In this document: one piece after another, positions 26,974-37,461 of the stretch
Position numbering within the stretch: the stretch's first letter is position 1
How the letters are laid out: each line of letters opens with the position of its first letter
Assembly: GCA_964630925.1 (NCBI GenBank)
Contig: CAZVZK010000027.1
Span: forward strand, 2,135-66,134
Direction of reading: 5' to 3'
DNA from: an uncultured Alcaligenaceae bacterium
GTDB lineage: Bacteria > Planctomycetota > Planctomycetia > Gemmatales > Gemmataceae
Length of the DNA: 64,000 bases
The notes under the pieces: model-generated
What the model saw: only the letters and a program-made list of their open reading frames with translations
Databases searched by the model: none
Told to the model about the DNA's origin: nothing
Made by a program: the position numbers and the translations under genes

Positions 26974-29397
26974 TCAGCCGTCGGGCTCGGTGCGGCTGCG
27001 GCTGATGAAGCCGGCCGTGGCGTAGATGTCGAGCCAGCCGTCGTTGTCGAGGTCGGCGAGGCAGGCGCCGTAGGCCCACCCGACCGCGGCGACGCCCATG
27101 CGTTCCCCGGCCTGGTCGAACTTCAGGCCGCCCCTGTTGAGGTGGAGCTGGCTGCCGGCGACGAAGCGGCGCATCTTCTCCATGACAGCGGGCCGATAGG
27201 CGTCCGGCTTGAGGGCGTCCAGGACGCGTGTGCCGGCCTTGCTGAACATGTTGGCGCAGTAGAGGTCGATGCGCCCGTCGTTGTCGATGTCGCCCGCCGC
27301 GACACCCATGCTGCCGAAGTCCGCCGGGCGGCCGGCCAGGGCCGTGGGGCGGAACGTTCCGTCCCTGTTGTTGACGAGGAGGACGCCGTCGCCGAACTCG
27401 TTGATGACGTGGAGGTCGGGCCACCCGTCATCGTCCGCGTCAAGGACGGCGGCGGAGAAGGAGGAGCGGCGTCCGCCGTCGGCCCCGGCCGCCCGCGTCA
27501 CGTCCTGGAACTTCCAGCCGCCCAGGTTGCGGAAGAGGCGGTTCCCGAGCGGGTCGGCGGTGCGCGGGTCGAGCCATGACCGCCCGCCGGGGCGTCCGGG
27601 GCGTGTGGCGTACAGGTCGAGCCGGCCGTCGCGGTCGAAGTCGGCGACGACGAGGCCGCCAGCGTCGGGGGGGATGCGGAGAGAGCAGAGGGCGGTGTGG
27701 TCCACGAAGCGCTCGCCGCCCTCATTCCGGTAGACGCGGCCCCCGAGGATGAGGTCGTCCCAGCCGTCGCCGTCGATGTCGATCCAGGCGGCCACGTGGC
27801 CGGCCGGCTCAGCGGGCAGGCCGCGGGCGGCGGTGACGTCCTCGAAGCCGCCGCCGGGCTTGCCCCGGTAGAGCCAGCAACCCTTGAGGTCGGTGATGAG
27901 GACGTCGAGGACGCCGTCCCGGTCGAAGTCGGTGACGTACACCCCTCCGGTCATGGGGGCGGTCCAGCTGGCGGTCCAGTTGTCGTGGAGGCGTTCGGGG
28001 CGGAGGCCGCGTTTGGCGGCGGCCTCGTAGAAGAGGCGGTGGGTGGCCCGAGCCTCGGTCAGTTGGGCGATGTCGGCGCCAGCCAGCCAGCCGGGCCGCG
28101 ACAAGGCCTCCCTGGTGAGGGCGGGGAGGCGGAAGGGGAAGAGGATGATGGCCTCGGCCGGGGCGCCTGGGCGGTGTTCGCCGGAGAGGCGCACCTGGGC
28201 CACGCCTTCCCAGGCGCCGTCGAGTTTGCCGCGCTCGACGGGGCGGAGGGCCTTGAGCGAGAATTGGACCTCGGGCGGTGAGGAGAACGTCTTGCGGATG
28301 CCGAGCAGGCGGGCGGCGAAGGCGGCGCGGCCGAGTGGGGTGGACGTCCCGCCCCGGAGGCGTGTCACCGTGGCGAAGCCGCGGTCCTGCCGGGCGGGGG
28401 AGCCGGAGGGTGCGGTGCCGGAGAAGCCTTCGGCGAGGATGGCGGTGAGGGCGGCCGCGTCGGCCTCCTTGATGGCCCTGGCGAGGGGGCCGAACCCGTG
28501 TCGTGCCAGCTCGTTGCCGCGGTTCTCGACCTTCCAGATGTGGGCCCGCTCCTCCTCGGGCAGGCCGCCCCTGGGGGCGAGGGACTTGGCGGCGGCGCGA
28601 TGGGCCTTGAGGTCCGCGCCGAGGCTCCTGAGGGCGTTCTCGGCGCTCTCGCGGAGCAGGGGGTTGGGCTCGGCGAGGAGGGGCGTGAGGAGCGGGATGG
28701 CGACGCGGGCCTGCTCGCCGATCTCGCCCAGGCCGCGGGCGGCGGCGGCACGCAGCTCCTCCGTATGCTCGCCCTCCAGGATATCCGTCAGCGGCCGGAC
28801 GCCCTCGGCGCTGCCGGCACTGGCGCGGCCCAGGGCGATGGCGGCCTGCTCCTGGATGGTGACGTGGAAGCGGCCCAGGTTGGTTTGATTCGCCTCGTCG
28901 CGGATGGCCACGGCCAGGGCGGGGATGGCGGCGCGGGCCGCCGACCCGAGCCGCGCCAGGGCGGTGGCTGCGTTCATACGCACGCCGAGGCCATCATCAG
29001 TCAGGGCCGCCGCCAGTGCGGGGACGGCGGGGGCGGACGCGGGGGACATCTTCAAGAGGGTCAGGGCCGCGGCGGCGCGTTCCTCCTCGTCGCCGTCTCG
29101 CAGCAGGGCCGCCAGGGCCGGGACGGCCTCGGCCGCGTCGGCCCCGATGGCGCCCAGGGCCAACGTGGCCGCCAGCCGGGCCTCGCGGGGCCCGCTTTGC
29201 AACTGGGCCAGCCAGTGGCTCGCGGGCTTGCCCTCGTGCGTGGCCTTCGGGAAAAGAAGGCCCGGCAGGAACGCGGGGCTGCCCGGGGTCAGCACTGCCA
29301 GGGCCGCCACCACGAGGGCGACACATCCGATCCAGAAGGCGCGATGTCGCCCCGCGGGGCGGCGCGCCGGCGCTTGTCCAGTTGCTTCGTCTGGCAT
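26974..29397 (-). CDS. Membrane-anchored HEAT-repeat + FG-GAP/VCBS repeat protein (CRTAC1-like), terminated by the TGA at 26974-26976
   Basis: ATG start and a TM anchor (AFWIGCVALVVAALAVL). Four or five HEAT units (AVPALAALLRDGDEE..., AIPALAVAIRDEAN...). Multiple FG-GAP/VCBS repeats follow (DFDRDGVLDVLI, DIDGDGWDDLIL, DFDRDGRLDLY, DADDDGWPDLHV, DIDNDGRIDLYC, DLDNDGWLDIY). Confidence 0.8.
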   Translation of the reverse strand: MPDEATGQAPARRPAGRHRAFWIGCVALVVAALAVLTPGSPAFLPGLLFPKATHEGKPASHWLAQLQSGPREARLAATLALGAIGADAAEAVPALAALLRDGDEEERAAAALTLLKMSPASAPAVPALAAALTDDGLGVRMNAATALARLGSAARAAIPALAVAIRDEANQTNLGRFHVTIQEQAAIALGRASAGSAEGVRPLTDILEGEHTEELRAAAARGLGEIGEQARVAIPLLTPLLAEPNPLLRESAENALRSLGADLKAHRAAAKSLAPRGGLPEEERAHIWKVENRGNELARHGFGPLARAIKEADAAALTAILAEGFSGTAPSGSPARQDRGFATVTRLRGGTSTPLGRAAFAARLLGIRKTFSSPPEVQFSLKALRPVERGKLDGAWEGVAQVRLSGEHRPGAPAEAIILFPFRLPALTREALSRPGWLAGADIAQLTEARATHRLFYEAAAKRGLRPERLHDNWTASWTAPMTGGVYVTDFDRDGVLDVLITDLKGCWLYRGKPGGGFEDVTAARGLPAEPAGHVAAWIDIDGDGWDDLILGGRVYRNEGGERFVDHTALCSLRIPPDAGGLVVADFDRDGRLDLYATRPGRPGGRSWLDPRTADPLGNRLFRNLGGWKFQDVTRAAGADGGRRSSFSAAVLDADDDGWPDLHVINEFGDGVLLVNNRDGTFRPTALAGRPADFGSMGVAAGDIDNDGRIDLYCANMFSKAGTRVLDALKPDAYRPAVMEKMRRFVAGSQLHLNRGGLKFDQAGERMGVAAVGWAYGACLADLDNDGWLDIYATAGFISRSRTEPDG

Positions 29398-29561
29398 GGT
29401 GGGGCTTCGTGGGATGGGTCGTGTTGTGTTTCAGCCTAGGGGGCCGGCGCGTCGCGTGCAACACGATTCCCGGGGTGGCCGTGGGCTGGCCGATCTGCCC
29501 GCGATGGTGTACCATCCACGGACGGGCTCACACGCCGAATCATCTCATTGGTGTCCTCTCC

Positions 29562-31313
<1,752 letters not shown>

Positions 31314-31340
31314 CGGCGTGGCGGGATTTGGGTGCTTGTC

Positions 31341-31432
31341 GTAGAGCACGCTTCCAGCGTGCTCGCTCGACCTTCCGGGAGCCGGCACGCCTCTCCAGGG
31401 GCTCTTCGGAGCACGCTGGAAGCGTGCTCTAC
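31341..31432. repeat. Nested palindrome (two self-complementary 24-nt arms in inverted orientation)
   Basis: GTAGAGCACGCTTCCAGCGTGCTC ...44 nt... GAGCACGCTGGAAGCGTGCTCTAC. Each arm is itself a hairpin (GAGCACGCT-nnn-AGCGTGCTC). It sits between convergent genes and contains the stop codon of 31429..32226. Confidence 0.85.
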
Positions 31433-32226
31433 GAACCGAAGTGCTTCCGCAACGCCGCCGCCTCCTCCTTGGCGAGCTTCTTGCGTTCCGCGAGGTCGGC
31501 GGCCTCGTACTCGCCGTGGACGCTCACGGTGCCGTTGAACTTGGCGGCCTTGAGGCCCCGGCCGACCTCGGCCCAGCGGACGATGCCCGCCCCGACGGGC
31601 ACCACGTCGGCGCGCCAGCCGCCCTTGGCCTTCGTCCAGGCCATGTCCTTGATGGCGACGAGCGACAGCCACGGGCGGACGATGTCGATCTCCATCGCCG
31701 GCGGCCCGCCGTTGACCGCCGTGTGGCCGGTGTCCAGGAAGGCGCCGGCCTCGTGCGGGTCGAGGCCGTCGAGCAGCGCGCGCAGCCCGGCGGCGTTGTT
31801 GCCGATGTAAGAGCCGGAGTGCGTGTGATAGCACGCCTTGACCTTGGTCTTCGCCGCGAGGCGGGCGAAGCCGGCCATCCTGGCGCGGGCGTCCTTCATG
31901 GACGTGTCGAACGGCGGCTTGTACAGGAAGTAGCCGATCTTCACCGCCGGGACGCCCGCCCTGGCGCAAGCGTCGAAGAGGACGCCGGCGGCCTTGCTCT
32001 CGGCGTCGATGAGATTCGTCGGGGCGGTGACGAGGCCGATGATGAGGCCGGCGTCGGCGAGGACCTTGGCGGCCTCGGGCAGGGCCTTGAGGGCGTTGTC
32101 CGGTGTGACGGGGTAGCCGGGGCGGACGGCGAGGTCCACGCCGTCGAGGCCGGCGTCCTTGCAGAAGGTGGCCAGGCCCTTGATGTCGAGAGATTGGAGC
32201 GTCTTGGTGAAGTAGACGTATTTCAT
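31429..32226 (-). CDS. Sugar phosphate isomerase/epimerase (xylose isomerase-like TIM barrel)
   Basis: ATG at 32226 with GGAGG upstream. MKYVYFTKTL...GLDGVDLAVRPGYPV..., YHTHSGSYIG, FLDTGHTAVNGG, SVHGEY are typical AP-endonuclease-2/TIM-barrel metal-ligand contexts. Confidence 0.85.
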   Translation of the reverse strand: MKYVYFTKTLQSLDIKGLATFCKDAGLDGVDLAVRPGYPVTPDNALKALPEAAKVLADAGLIIGLVTAPTNLIDAESKAAGVLFDACARAGVPAVKIGYFLYKPPFDTSMKDARARMAGFARLAAKTKVKACYHTHSGSYIGNNAAGLRALLDGLDPHEAGAFLDTGHTAVNGGPPAMEIDIVRPWLSLVAIKDMAWTKAKGGWRADVVPVGAGIVRWAEVGRGLKAAKFNGTVSVHGEYEAADLAERKKLAKEEAAALRKHFGS

Positions 32227-32302
32227 GCGTGTGCCTCCTACCCCACCCCCGAACCCCCTCGCGGTGCGAGCTGGGGGCGAGACGCCCAATACACAAACCC
32301 AA

Positions 32303-32369
32303 GGCGAGCGGCACGGCGTAAGCGTGCCGTGTCTGCGTCACACGGCACGCTTACCCCGTGCCGCTCGCC
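32303..32369. repeat. Nested palindrome, second type (CGGCACG...CGTGCCG arms)
   Basis: GGCGAGCGGCACGGCGTAAGCGTGCCGTG -9 nt- CACGGCACGCTTACCCCGTGCCGCTCGCC. The arms are reverse complements with 1 mismatch, and each arm is itself a hairpin. Confidence 0.85.
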
Positions 32370-32404
32370 ACAAGCATCCGATCTCAAGTGCCACCGGGTT
32401 GTTG

Positions 32405-34858
32405 TCACGGCAGCCCCGCCATCTTGCGCCCCACCCACTCCATCGTCAGCAGAGCGACGACGAGGGCCAGTGCCCCCCACCACTGGTATAGCTTCTGGTC
32501 GTGCCTTTCGACATGGATGATCGCCTTCTTCACCAGCAGGCCGGCGAGGTCACGCGCCTCGTCCGCCGCGAACACCTTGCCGCCGCTCTTCGCCGCGATC
32601 TCCTCCAGCAGCGGGAGGTTCGCCTCCAGATCGGTCAATTCATTCGACTCCGGCGGCAGCACGCGGAACGGGGCACGCAGCGGCTTTCCGTCAGCGAGCA
32701 GTTTCGCGGCCAGCTCCGGGATCGCCAGCTCCAGGGCGTAGTCGCCCGGCGGCAGCCCTCGGATCTGTCCGTCCAGCAGACGCGGGCGCTCGGCGGGGCG
32801 CGAAAGCGGGATGAGGGCGGCGGCTTTCTCCTTGCCGTCGGCCAGCGCGATCACCCGCGCCCCGGCGAGCATGTCGTTCTTCAGCGCGCCGAGTTTCTCG
32901 GCCAGACGGGCCGTGACGGTTACCGGCTCGTCCGGGCGGAAGGCGGGCTGCGCCGGGCCGAAACGCACCCACTCGTTGCCCGCCGTCAGGGGGCGGTCGC
33001 CGGCTGCCCAGCGCACCACCTGGCCCCAGAAGCGGTGGTGGTACACGTCGCCCACCTTGAACCGGAGCCGCCACGTCGAATCGATCCCGACGTAGAGGAC
33101 GCGCCCGAAGCCGTAATTGTGCCGCACGATCACCGCGTTGCGGCGCTCACGCTCGGACGGCTTGAGGGCGGCCTCCTTCGGGTCGAGCCAGCCGGCCAGG
33201 GCCGTCGCACCCGGCTTGGCGACGCCGGCCACGGCCCACCCCCACGGACGCGGATGTCCGGCCCAGAGGGTGGCGTTCTCCTCGCGGTCTGGCTCCAGCT
33301 CCATGAACTTCTGCTCCTCGCCGGCCCGCGTCAACGCCAGCGCGAAGCCCTCCTCCGGCGCCAGCACGCGCGGCGACTCGATGGGCAGCAGCCGCCGCAG
33401 CGGGTCCGGGTCGCCGGCGGGCGTGGCCTCGGGGAACGCCAGCGGCATCGACCGCTTGCCGGCGATGATGACCAGCGTGCCGCCGGCCTCGGCGACGAAC
33501 CGCTCCAGCCTCTGCCGGTCGGCGAGCGTCATCTCCTCGGCGTCCACGTCGCCGACGATGATGCAGCCCAGATTCCCGAAGGCGTCCTCGCCCTCCGGCC
33601 AGCGGTCCGCGGGGAGGCCGGCCTTCTCGGCGGCGGCGGGCGTCAGGCGCCCGTCGATCCGCGGCTGCTCGAACAGGACCTTCTTCAGCTCGACCAGCCG
33701 GTCACGCTCAAGGGCCGTCGCGAGGTAGTGGTACTCCCAGCGTCCCTGGCCGTCGGCCAGCAGCACACGCACGCGGTCGTCGGCGACGCTCACCGTCGTG
33801 GAGAGGGCGTTGTTCGACGCCACCGCCTCCTTCGCGCCCTCGAACAGGGGCCGCACACTCGCAGTCAGCGTCTTCTGGCCGACCGCGTCCAACTTGACCG
33901 TGAAGGAGAGTGGATAAGTGCGGTCCTTGCCGTCGTGTTCGATGGTCTTCGGGGGGGCGGCCTCGTCCTTCTTGCCGTCATGCTTCAGCTCAACGAGGAA
34001 GTGGCCGACGGGCATGCCGGTGATCTTCACCTTCACGTCGATGACGCCGTCCACGTCCTTGTAGAAGTTCTGCGAGCCGCCGCGCACGGAGACGATGGCC
34101 GCGTCCGGCGGCGGACGGCGTGACCCCAGCGCGACGGGGAAGACCGGCACGCCACGCTTGCCCAGCTCGGCGGCGGCCTCCGATGGCGACGCCCCGCTGT
34201 TGTGCTGCCCGTCGGTCAGCAGCACGACGCCCAGCACCCCGCCCTGCCCCGGCGTGGTGCGCTGCAAGGCGCGCGACAGCGGGTCGGCCACGTCGGTGAA
34301 AGGGTCCTCCGGCGCCGCGCCGAGCAGCTCCTCCAACTGCTCGGGCTTCATCTCGCGGATGTCGCGCCCGAAGCCCCACAGCTCGACCTGATGCTTCGCG
34401 GCGAGGGAGGCCAGGAGGCCGAGGCCGTCCGACGAGAGGACGCGGCGGGCCGTCTCGGCGCGCGTCAACGTGTCCACGTCGGCGACGCCGAGGGCGGCGG
34501 CGAGGCGTCTCTTCTCGTCGGGGTCGCGCTGGGGGTCGGCGAGGGCCATGCTCGCCGAGCGGTCCACGACGACGATCACTCGGCCGGGCAATTCAGTGCG
34601 GCGCTCGTGGGCGTGGACCGGCTGGAGGCACACCAGGCACAGCACCACCAGCAGCGCCAGCAGACGCAGTGACAGCAGGCCGAACGCCGTCGCCGGGCGG
34701 ACGAGACGCAGCTCGTAGCGGTACAAGGCGATGAGGAGCAGCAGCGGGGCGAGGACGATGGCGGCGAGCAGCGGGAAGCGGAAGGCGGGGGCGAGGTGCG
34801 GCCACGGCGGCGCGAGCAGCAGCGACGAGTCGGGCCACGGCAGCGGTATGGAGAACAT
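32405..34858 (-). CDS. Membrane-anchored VWA domain protein (Bat-cluster type)
   Basis: Two N-terminal TM helices, then a VWA MIDAS start (RVIVVVDRSASM). Later LTDGQHNSG and a glutamine-amidotransferase-like region (GGTLVIIAGK). C-terminal TM helix. Confidence 0.8.
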   Translation of the reverse strand: MFSIPLPWPDSSLLLAPPWPHLAPAFRFPLLAAIVLAPLLLLIALYRYELRLVRPATAFGLLSLRLLALLVVLCLVCLQPVHAHERRTELPGRVIVVVDRSASMALADPQRDPDEKRRLAAALGVADVDTLTRAETARRVLSSDGLGLLASLAAKHQVELWGFGRDIREMKPEQLEELLGAAPEDPFTDVADPLSRALQRTTPGQGGVLGVVLLTDGQHNSGASPSEAAAELGKRGVPVFPVALGSRRPPPDAAIVSVRGGSQNFYKDVDGVIDVKVKITGMPVGHFLVELKHDGKKDEAAPPKTIEHDGKDRTYPLSFTVKLDAVGQKTLTASVRPLFEGAKEAVASNNALSTTVSVADDRVRVLLADGQGRWEYHYLATALERDRLVELKKVLFEQPRIDGRLTPAAAEKAGLPADRWPEGEDAFGNLGCIIVGDVDAEEMTLADRQRLERFVAEAGGTLVIIAGKRSMPLAFPEATPAGDPDPLRRLLPIESPRVLAPEEGFALALTRAGEEQKFMELEPDREENATLWAGHPRPWGWAVAGVAKPGATALAGWLDPKEAALKPSERERRNAVIVRHNYGFGRVLYVGIDSTWRLRFKVGDVYHHRFWGQVVRWAAGDRPLTAGNEWVRFGPAQPAFRPDEPVTVTARLAEKLGALKNDMLAGARVIALADGKEKAAALIPLSRPAERPRLLDGQIRGLPPGDYALELAIPELAAKLLADGKPLRAPFRVLPPESNELTDLEANLPLLEEIAAKSGGKVFAADEARDLAGLLVKKAIIHVERHDQKLYQWWGALALVVALLTMEWVGRKMAGLP

Positions 34859-34862
34859 GAGG

Positions 34863-35058
34863 CTACCTCACCCCCTAACCCCCTCTCCGAAGCGGAGAGG
34901 GGGGAGTCGTAAGAGCATCGCCTGCGCGGCGGGGTAGTATGCTCGTCTCTTGAATCGCGTAGCCCAACAAGAGGGCCGCACACATCGCCTCCGCTGAAGT
35001 GATGCTCTGGCGACTCCCCCCTCTCCGCTTTGGAGAGGGGGGCTGGGGGATGAGGTAG
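34863..35058. repeat. MITE-like element: ~47-57-nt terminal inverted repeats around a ~85-nt core
   Basis: CTACCTCACCCCCTAACCCCCTCTCCGAAGCGGAGAGGGGGGAGTCG ... CGACTCCCCCCTCTCCGCTTTGGAGAGGGGGGCTGGGGGATGAGGTAG. Each arm contains its own CCCCTCTCC-nnnn-GGAGAGGGG hairpin. It fills the whole gap between two co-directional genes. Confidence 0.85.
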
Positions 35059-35061
35059 TGT

Positions 35062-37353
35062 TCATCGATTCATCACCAGCCGCCGCGTCATCCAGACCTC
35101 CACGCACAGCAGGCCCACCAGGCCCAGGAGGAGGTAGAGCCAAAGGTCCTGCCGCCTCGTCCCATCCTCGGTCTGATCCGACAGCGAGCCGTCATCGGGG
35201 CCGGCGAAGCGCATGCCGGTCAGCCTCCCCACCTTGTGGATCATCTCCTTCGTCAGCGGCGAGAGGTCGGCCTCGCGGGCGTCCGCCGGGATGACGTAAT
35301 GCACCGACGCGCCTGCCGGCGTCCGCAGGGTGTAGACGCCGCTCTCCCTCGCGCCGTCGTAGGCGAACGCCGGACCCGACGGGCCTTCCACCTTCTGGAC
35401 CAGCAGTGTCCCGGCCTCCCCCGGCACCAGCGAGAGCGGCCGCGCCTCGCCGGCCGGCGTCGTCAGGGTGTATTGCCCGGCGTCGCCGTCCGCAGGGAAG
35501 CGGATCGGCTGGCCGGGCGCGAGGTTGTACTCCGCCGACCGCGCCCCCGCCAGGTAGTACACCAGCTCATGCACCAGCGGCACGAAGGATGAAAGCTCGG
35601 GCAGGTTGCCGCCCCAAGAAGCATCGAACGGAACCGCCGACAGGATCACGCGCCCCGCCGGCAGGGGGCGTTCGACCAGGAGGGGGGATTTGCCCGCAGG
35701 TGCCGCCAGGTGCGCGCCGGGGACGCCGGCGGCGTTCTTGCCCGCCGTCGTCAGCCTCCACCAGCGCGGGAAGCGGGCGTCGGCCAGCCCGCCCAGCGCC
35801 ACGTCGCGGAAGACCGCCAGCGCCGGGTGCTGGAACGGGGGCTCCGGCCTCCCCCACTCCTTCACCTTCGCCTCGTCGCCGGCGAGGCCGTCGAGACGCG
35901 CCGGCAGCCAGCCGGTGCCGCCGCGGTAGAGGGCGGCGTTGTACCACTCGGCATCGGCGCGCTCGCCGGGCGAGATCAGCACGCCGCCGCCGGCATCGAG
36001 GTAGCCCGACAGGGCGTCGGCCTGCTCGGGGCTCAGGCGGCGCACGTCGTGGAGGATGACGGCACGCGGCGCCGGGGTCAGCATCTCCGGCGTGAAGCCG
36101 TTGACCGTCACGACGCGGGCCTTCACCGCCGGTGTGCGGTCTAGGGCCGGCGACAGGGCGTCGCGCAGGAAGTCGCTCGCCAACGAAGGCGGGACGGCGC
36201 CGGACGGCTCGCCGTCGATGATCAACACCGGCAGGGTGGGGATCACCTCGACGGACAGATCCTGACGGTCGTCGCCCGGCACGCGGTCGCGCGGGGTGTA
36301 GCCGGGGGGGCGCTCGGCGGGGGGCGGGTCCGGCTCGATGATGACGCTGACGAGGTGCGAGCCGTGATCGGCGAAGCGGTAGGCGAACGAGAACGGGATG
36401 CGCCCGTCGCGCGGGACGGCGGCGCCGGCCGCCGGCGCCGGCAGGTCGCGGACGTGCTTGCCATCGACCTCCAGCCGGATGCGGTGCGGCGGGGCATACG
36501 TCTCCTGCCCCGACACCACCAGGGCGCCCTGGAAGCGCACCTCGCGCCCGGCCACCGCGACGGGCCGGTTGCTCGCCAGGGGCGCGACGGCGTAGTTCGG
36601 CAGCGCCCCGCCGCGCCCGGAAGCCATGTCGATGAAGACGATGCGTGGCCTGGGCCGGTCCATGGGGGCGGGCCGTGACAGGCCCAGCTCGCCGGCGAGC
36701 AGCTCCCAGCGGAAGAGCGAGGCCGGGTCGCCGACGCCGAACGCCTGGTTGTCGCTGAGGAGGATGACCTCGCGCTGGCCGTTCTGTCCGGGGGAGAGCA
36801 GGGCGAAGGCGGCGCGGAGGGCGTCGGCCCAGTTGCACGTCCCCGCCGGCGCGGGCAGGCCCGCCAGGAGACGCCGCGCCCGCGCGGCGTCGGCGCTCAA
36901 TTCGCCCGAGACGGACACGGCGCGTTCTCGTGCGAGCAACACGGACAACCCATCGCCGGGCTGCGCGCCGTCGAGGTAGTTCTCGGCCCAGGCGACGGCG
37001 CGGGCGAAGGCACTGACGCCCTCCTCGTCCGCGGCCCCCATGCTGGCCGACCCGTCGATGACCAGCACCACATCACGCGGGGGGCGTCCGGCGAAGGCCG
37101 CTGGCAGTTTCACATCGAGGAAGGGCCCGGCGAGGGCGAGGCAGAGCACGGCGAGGAGGCCCATGCGGACGAGCATGAGGAGCAGCTCCTCCAGCCACAC
37201 GCGCCGCCGGGTGGCGTCGCTGACCTGAAGGAACTGCATGGCGCCCCAATCGACGATGTCGTGGCGGCGGCGGTTGAGGAGGTGGATGAGCGGCGGGATG
37301 GCGAGGGCGGCCAGCCCGAGGAGCAACCAGGGTGCATGGAACGGCAGGGGCAT
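35062..37353 (-). CDS. BatA-type (N-terminal double-TM aerotolerance domain) VWA protein
   Basis: MPLPFHAPWLLLGLAALAIPPLIHLLNRRRH is the characteristic BatA N-terminus. VWA MIDAS string DVVLVIDGSASM. Long beta-rich C-terminal part and a C-terminal TM helix. Confidence 0.8.
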   Translation of the reverse strand: MPLPFHAPWLLLGLAALAIPPLIHLLNRRRHDIVDWGAMQFLQVSDATRRRVWLEELLLMLVRMGLLAVLCLALAGPFLDVKLPAAFAGRPPRDVVLVIDGSASMGAADEEGVSAFARAVAWAENYLDGAQPGDGLSVLLARERAVSVSGELSADAARARRLLAGLPAPAGTCNWADALRAAFALLSPGQNGQREVILLSDNQAFGVGDPASLFRWELLAGELGLSRPAPMDRPRPRIVFIDMASGRGGALPNYAVAPLASNRPVAVAGREVRFQGALVVSGQETYAPPHRIRLEVDGKHVRDLPAPAAGAAVPRDGRIPFSFAYRFADHGSHLVSVIIEPDPPPAERPPGYTPRDRVPGDDRQDLSVEVIPTLPVLIIDGEPSGAVPPSLASDFLRDALSPALDRTPAVKARVVTVNGFTPEMLTPAPRAVILHDVRRLSPEQADALSGYLDAGGGVLISPGERADAEWYNAALYRGGTGWLPARLDGLAGDEAKVKEWGRPEPPFQHPALAVFRDVALGGLADARFPRWWRLTTAGKNAAGVPGAHLAAPAGKSPLLVERPLPAGRVILSAVPFDASWGGNLPELSSFVPLVHELVYYLAGARSAEYNLAPGQPIRFPADGDAGQYTLTTPAGEARPLSLVPGEAGTLLVQKVEGPSGPAFAYDGARESGVYTLRTPAGASVHYVIPADAREADLSPLTKEMIHKVGRLTGMRFAGPDDGSLSDQTEDGTRRQDLWLYLLLGLVGLLCVEVWMTRRLVMNR

Positions 37354-37461
37354 TCCCCCATCATAACAGGCCGGCCCCGGCGGGGGCAGATGCCTCACCG
37401 GGGCCGGCCGTGTTCTCATTCCGGGCGAGCCGGGGGCGTAAGCCCCCGGAGTGGGACCCGG

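Noticed and set aside
24716-27424. 902-aa minus-strand ORF and similar long ORFs (1684..3177, 9946..11724, 14574..16172, 19949..21667, 22035..24347, 39652..41862, 41952..43856, 46158..48980, 53602..55626, 60570..62183)
   Set aside because: All overlap better-supported genes in another frame or on the other strand. All have the Arg/Pro/Gly/Ala-rich, low-aromatic, low-Lys composition expected of non-coding frames in GC-rich DNA.
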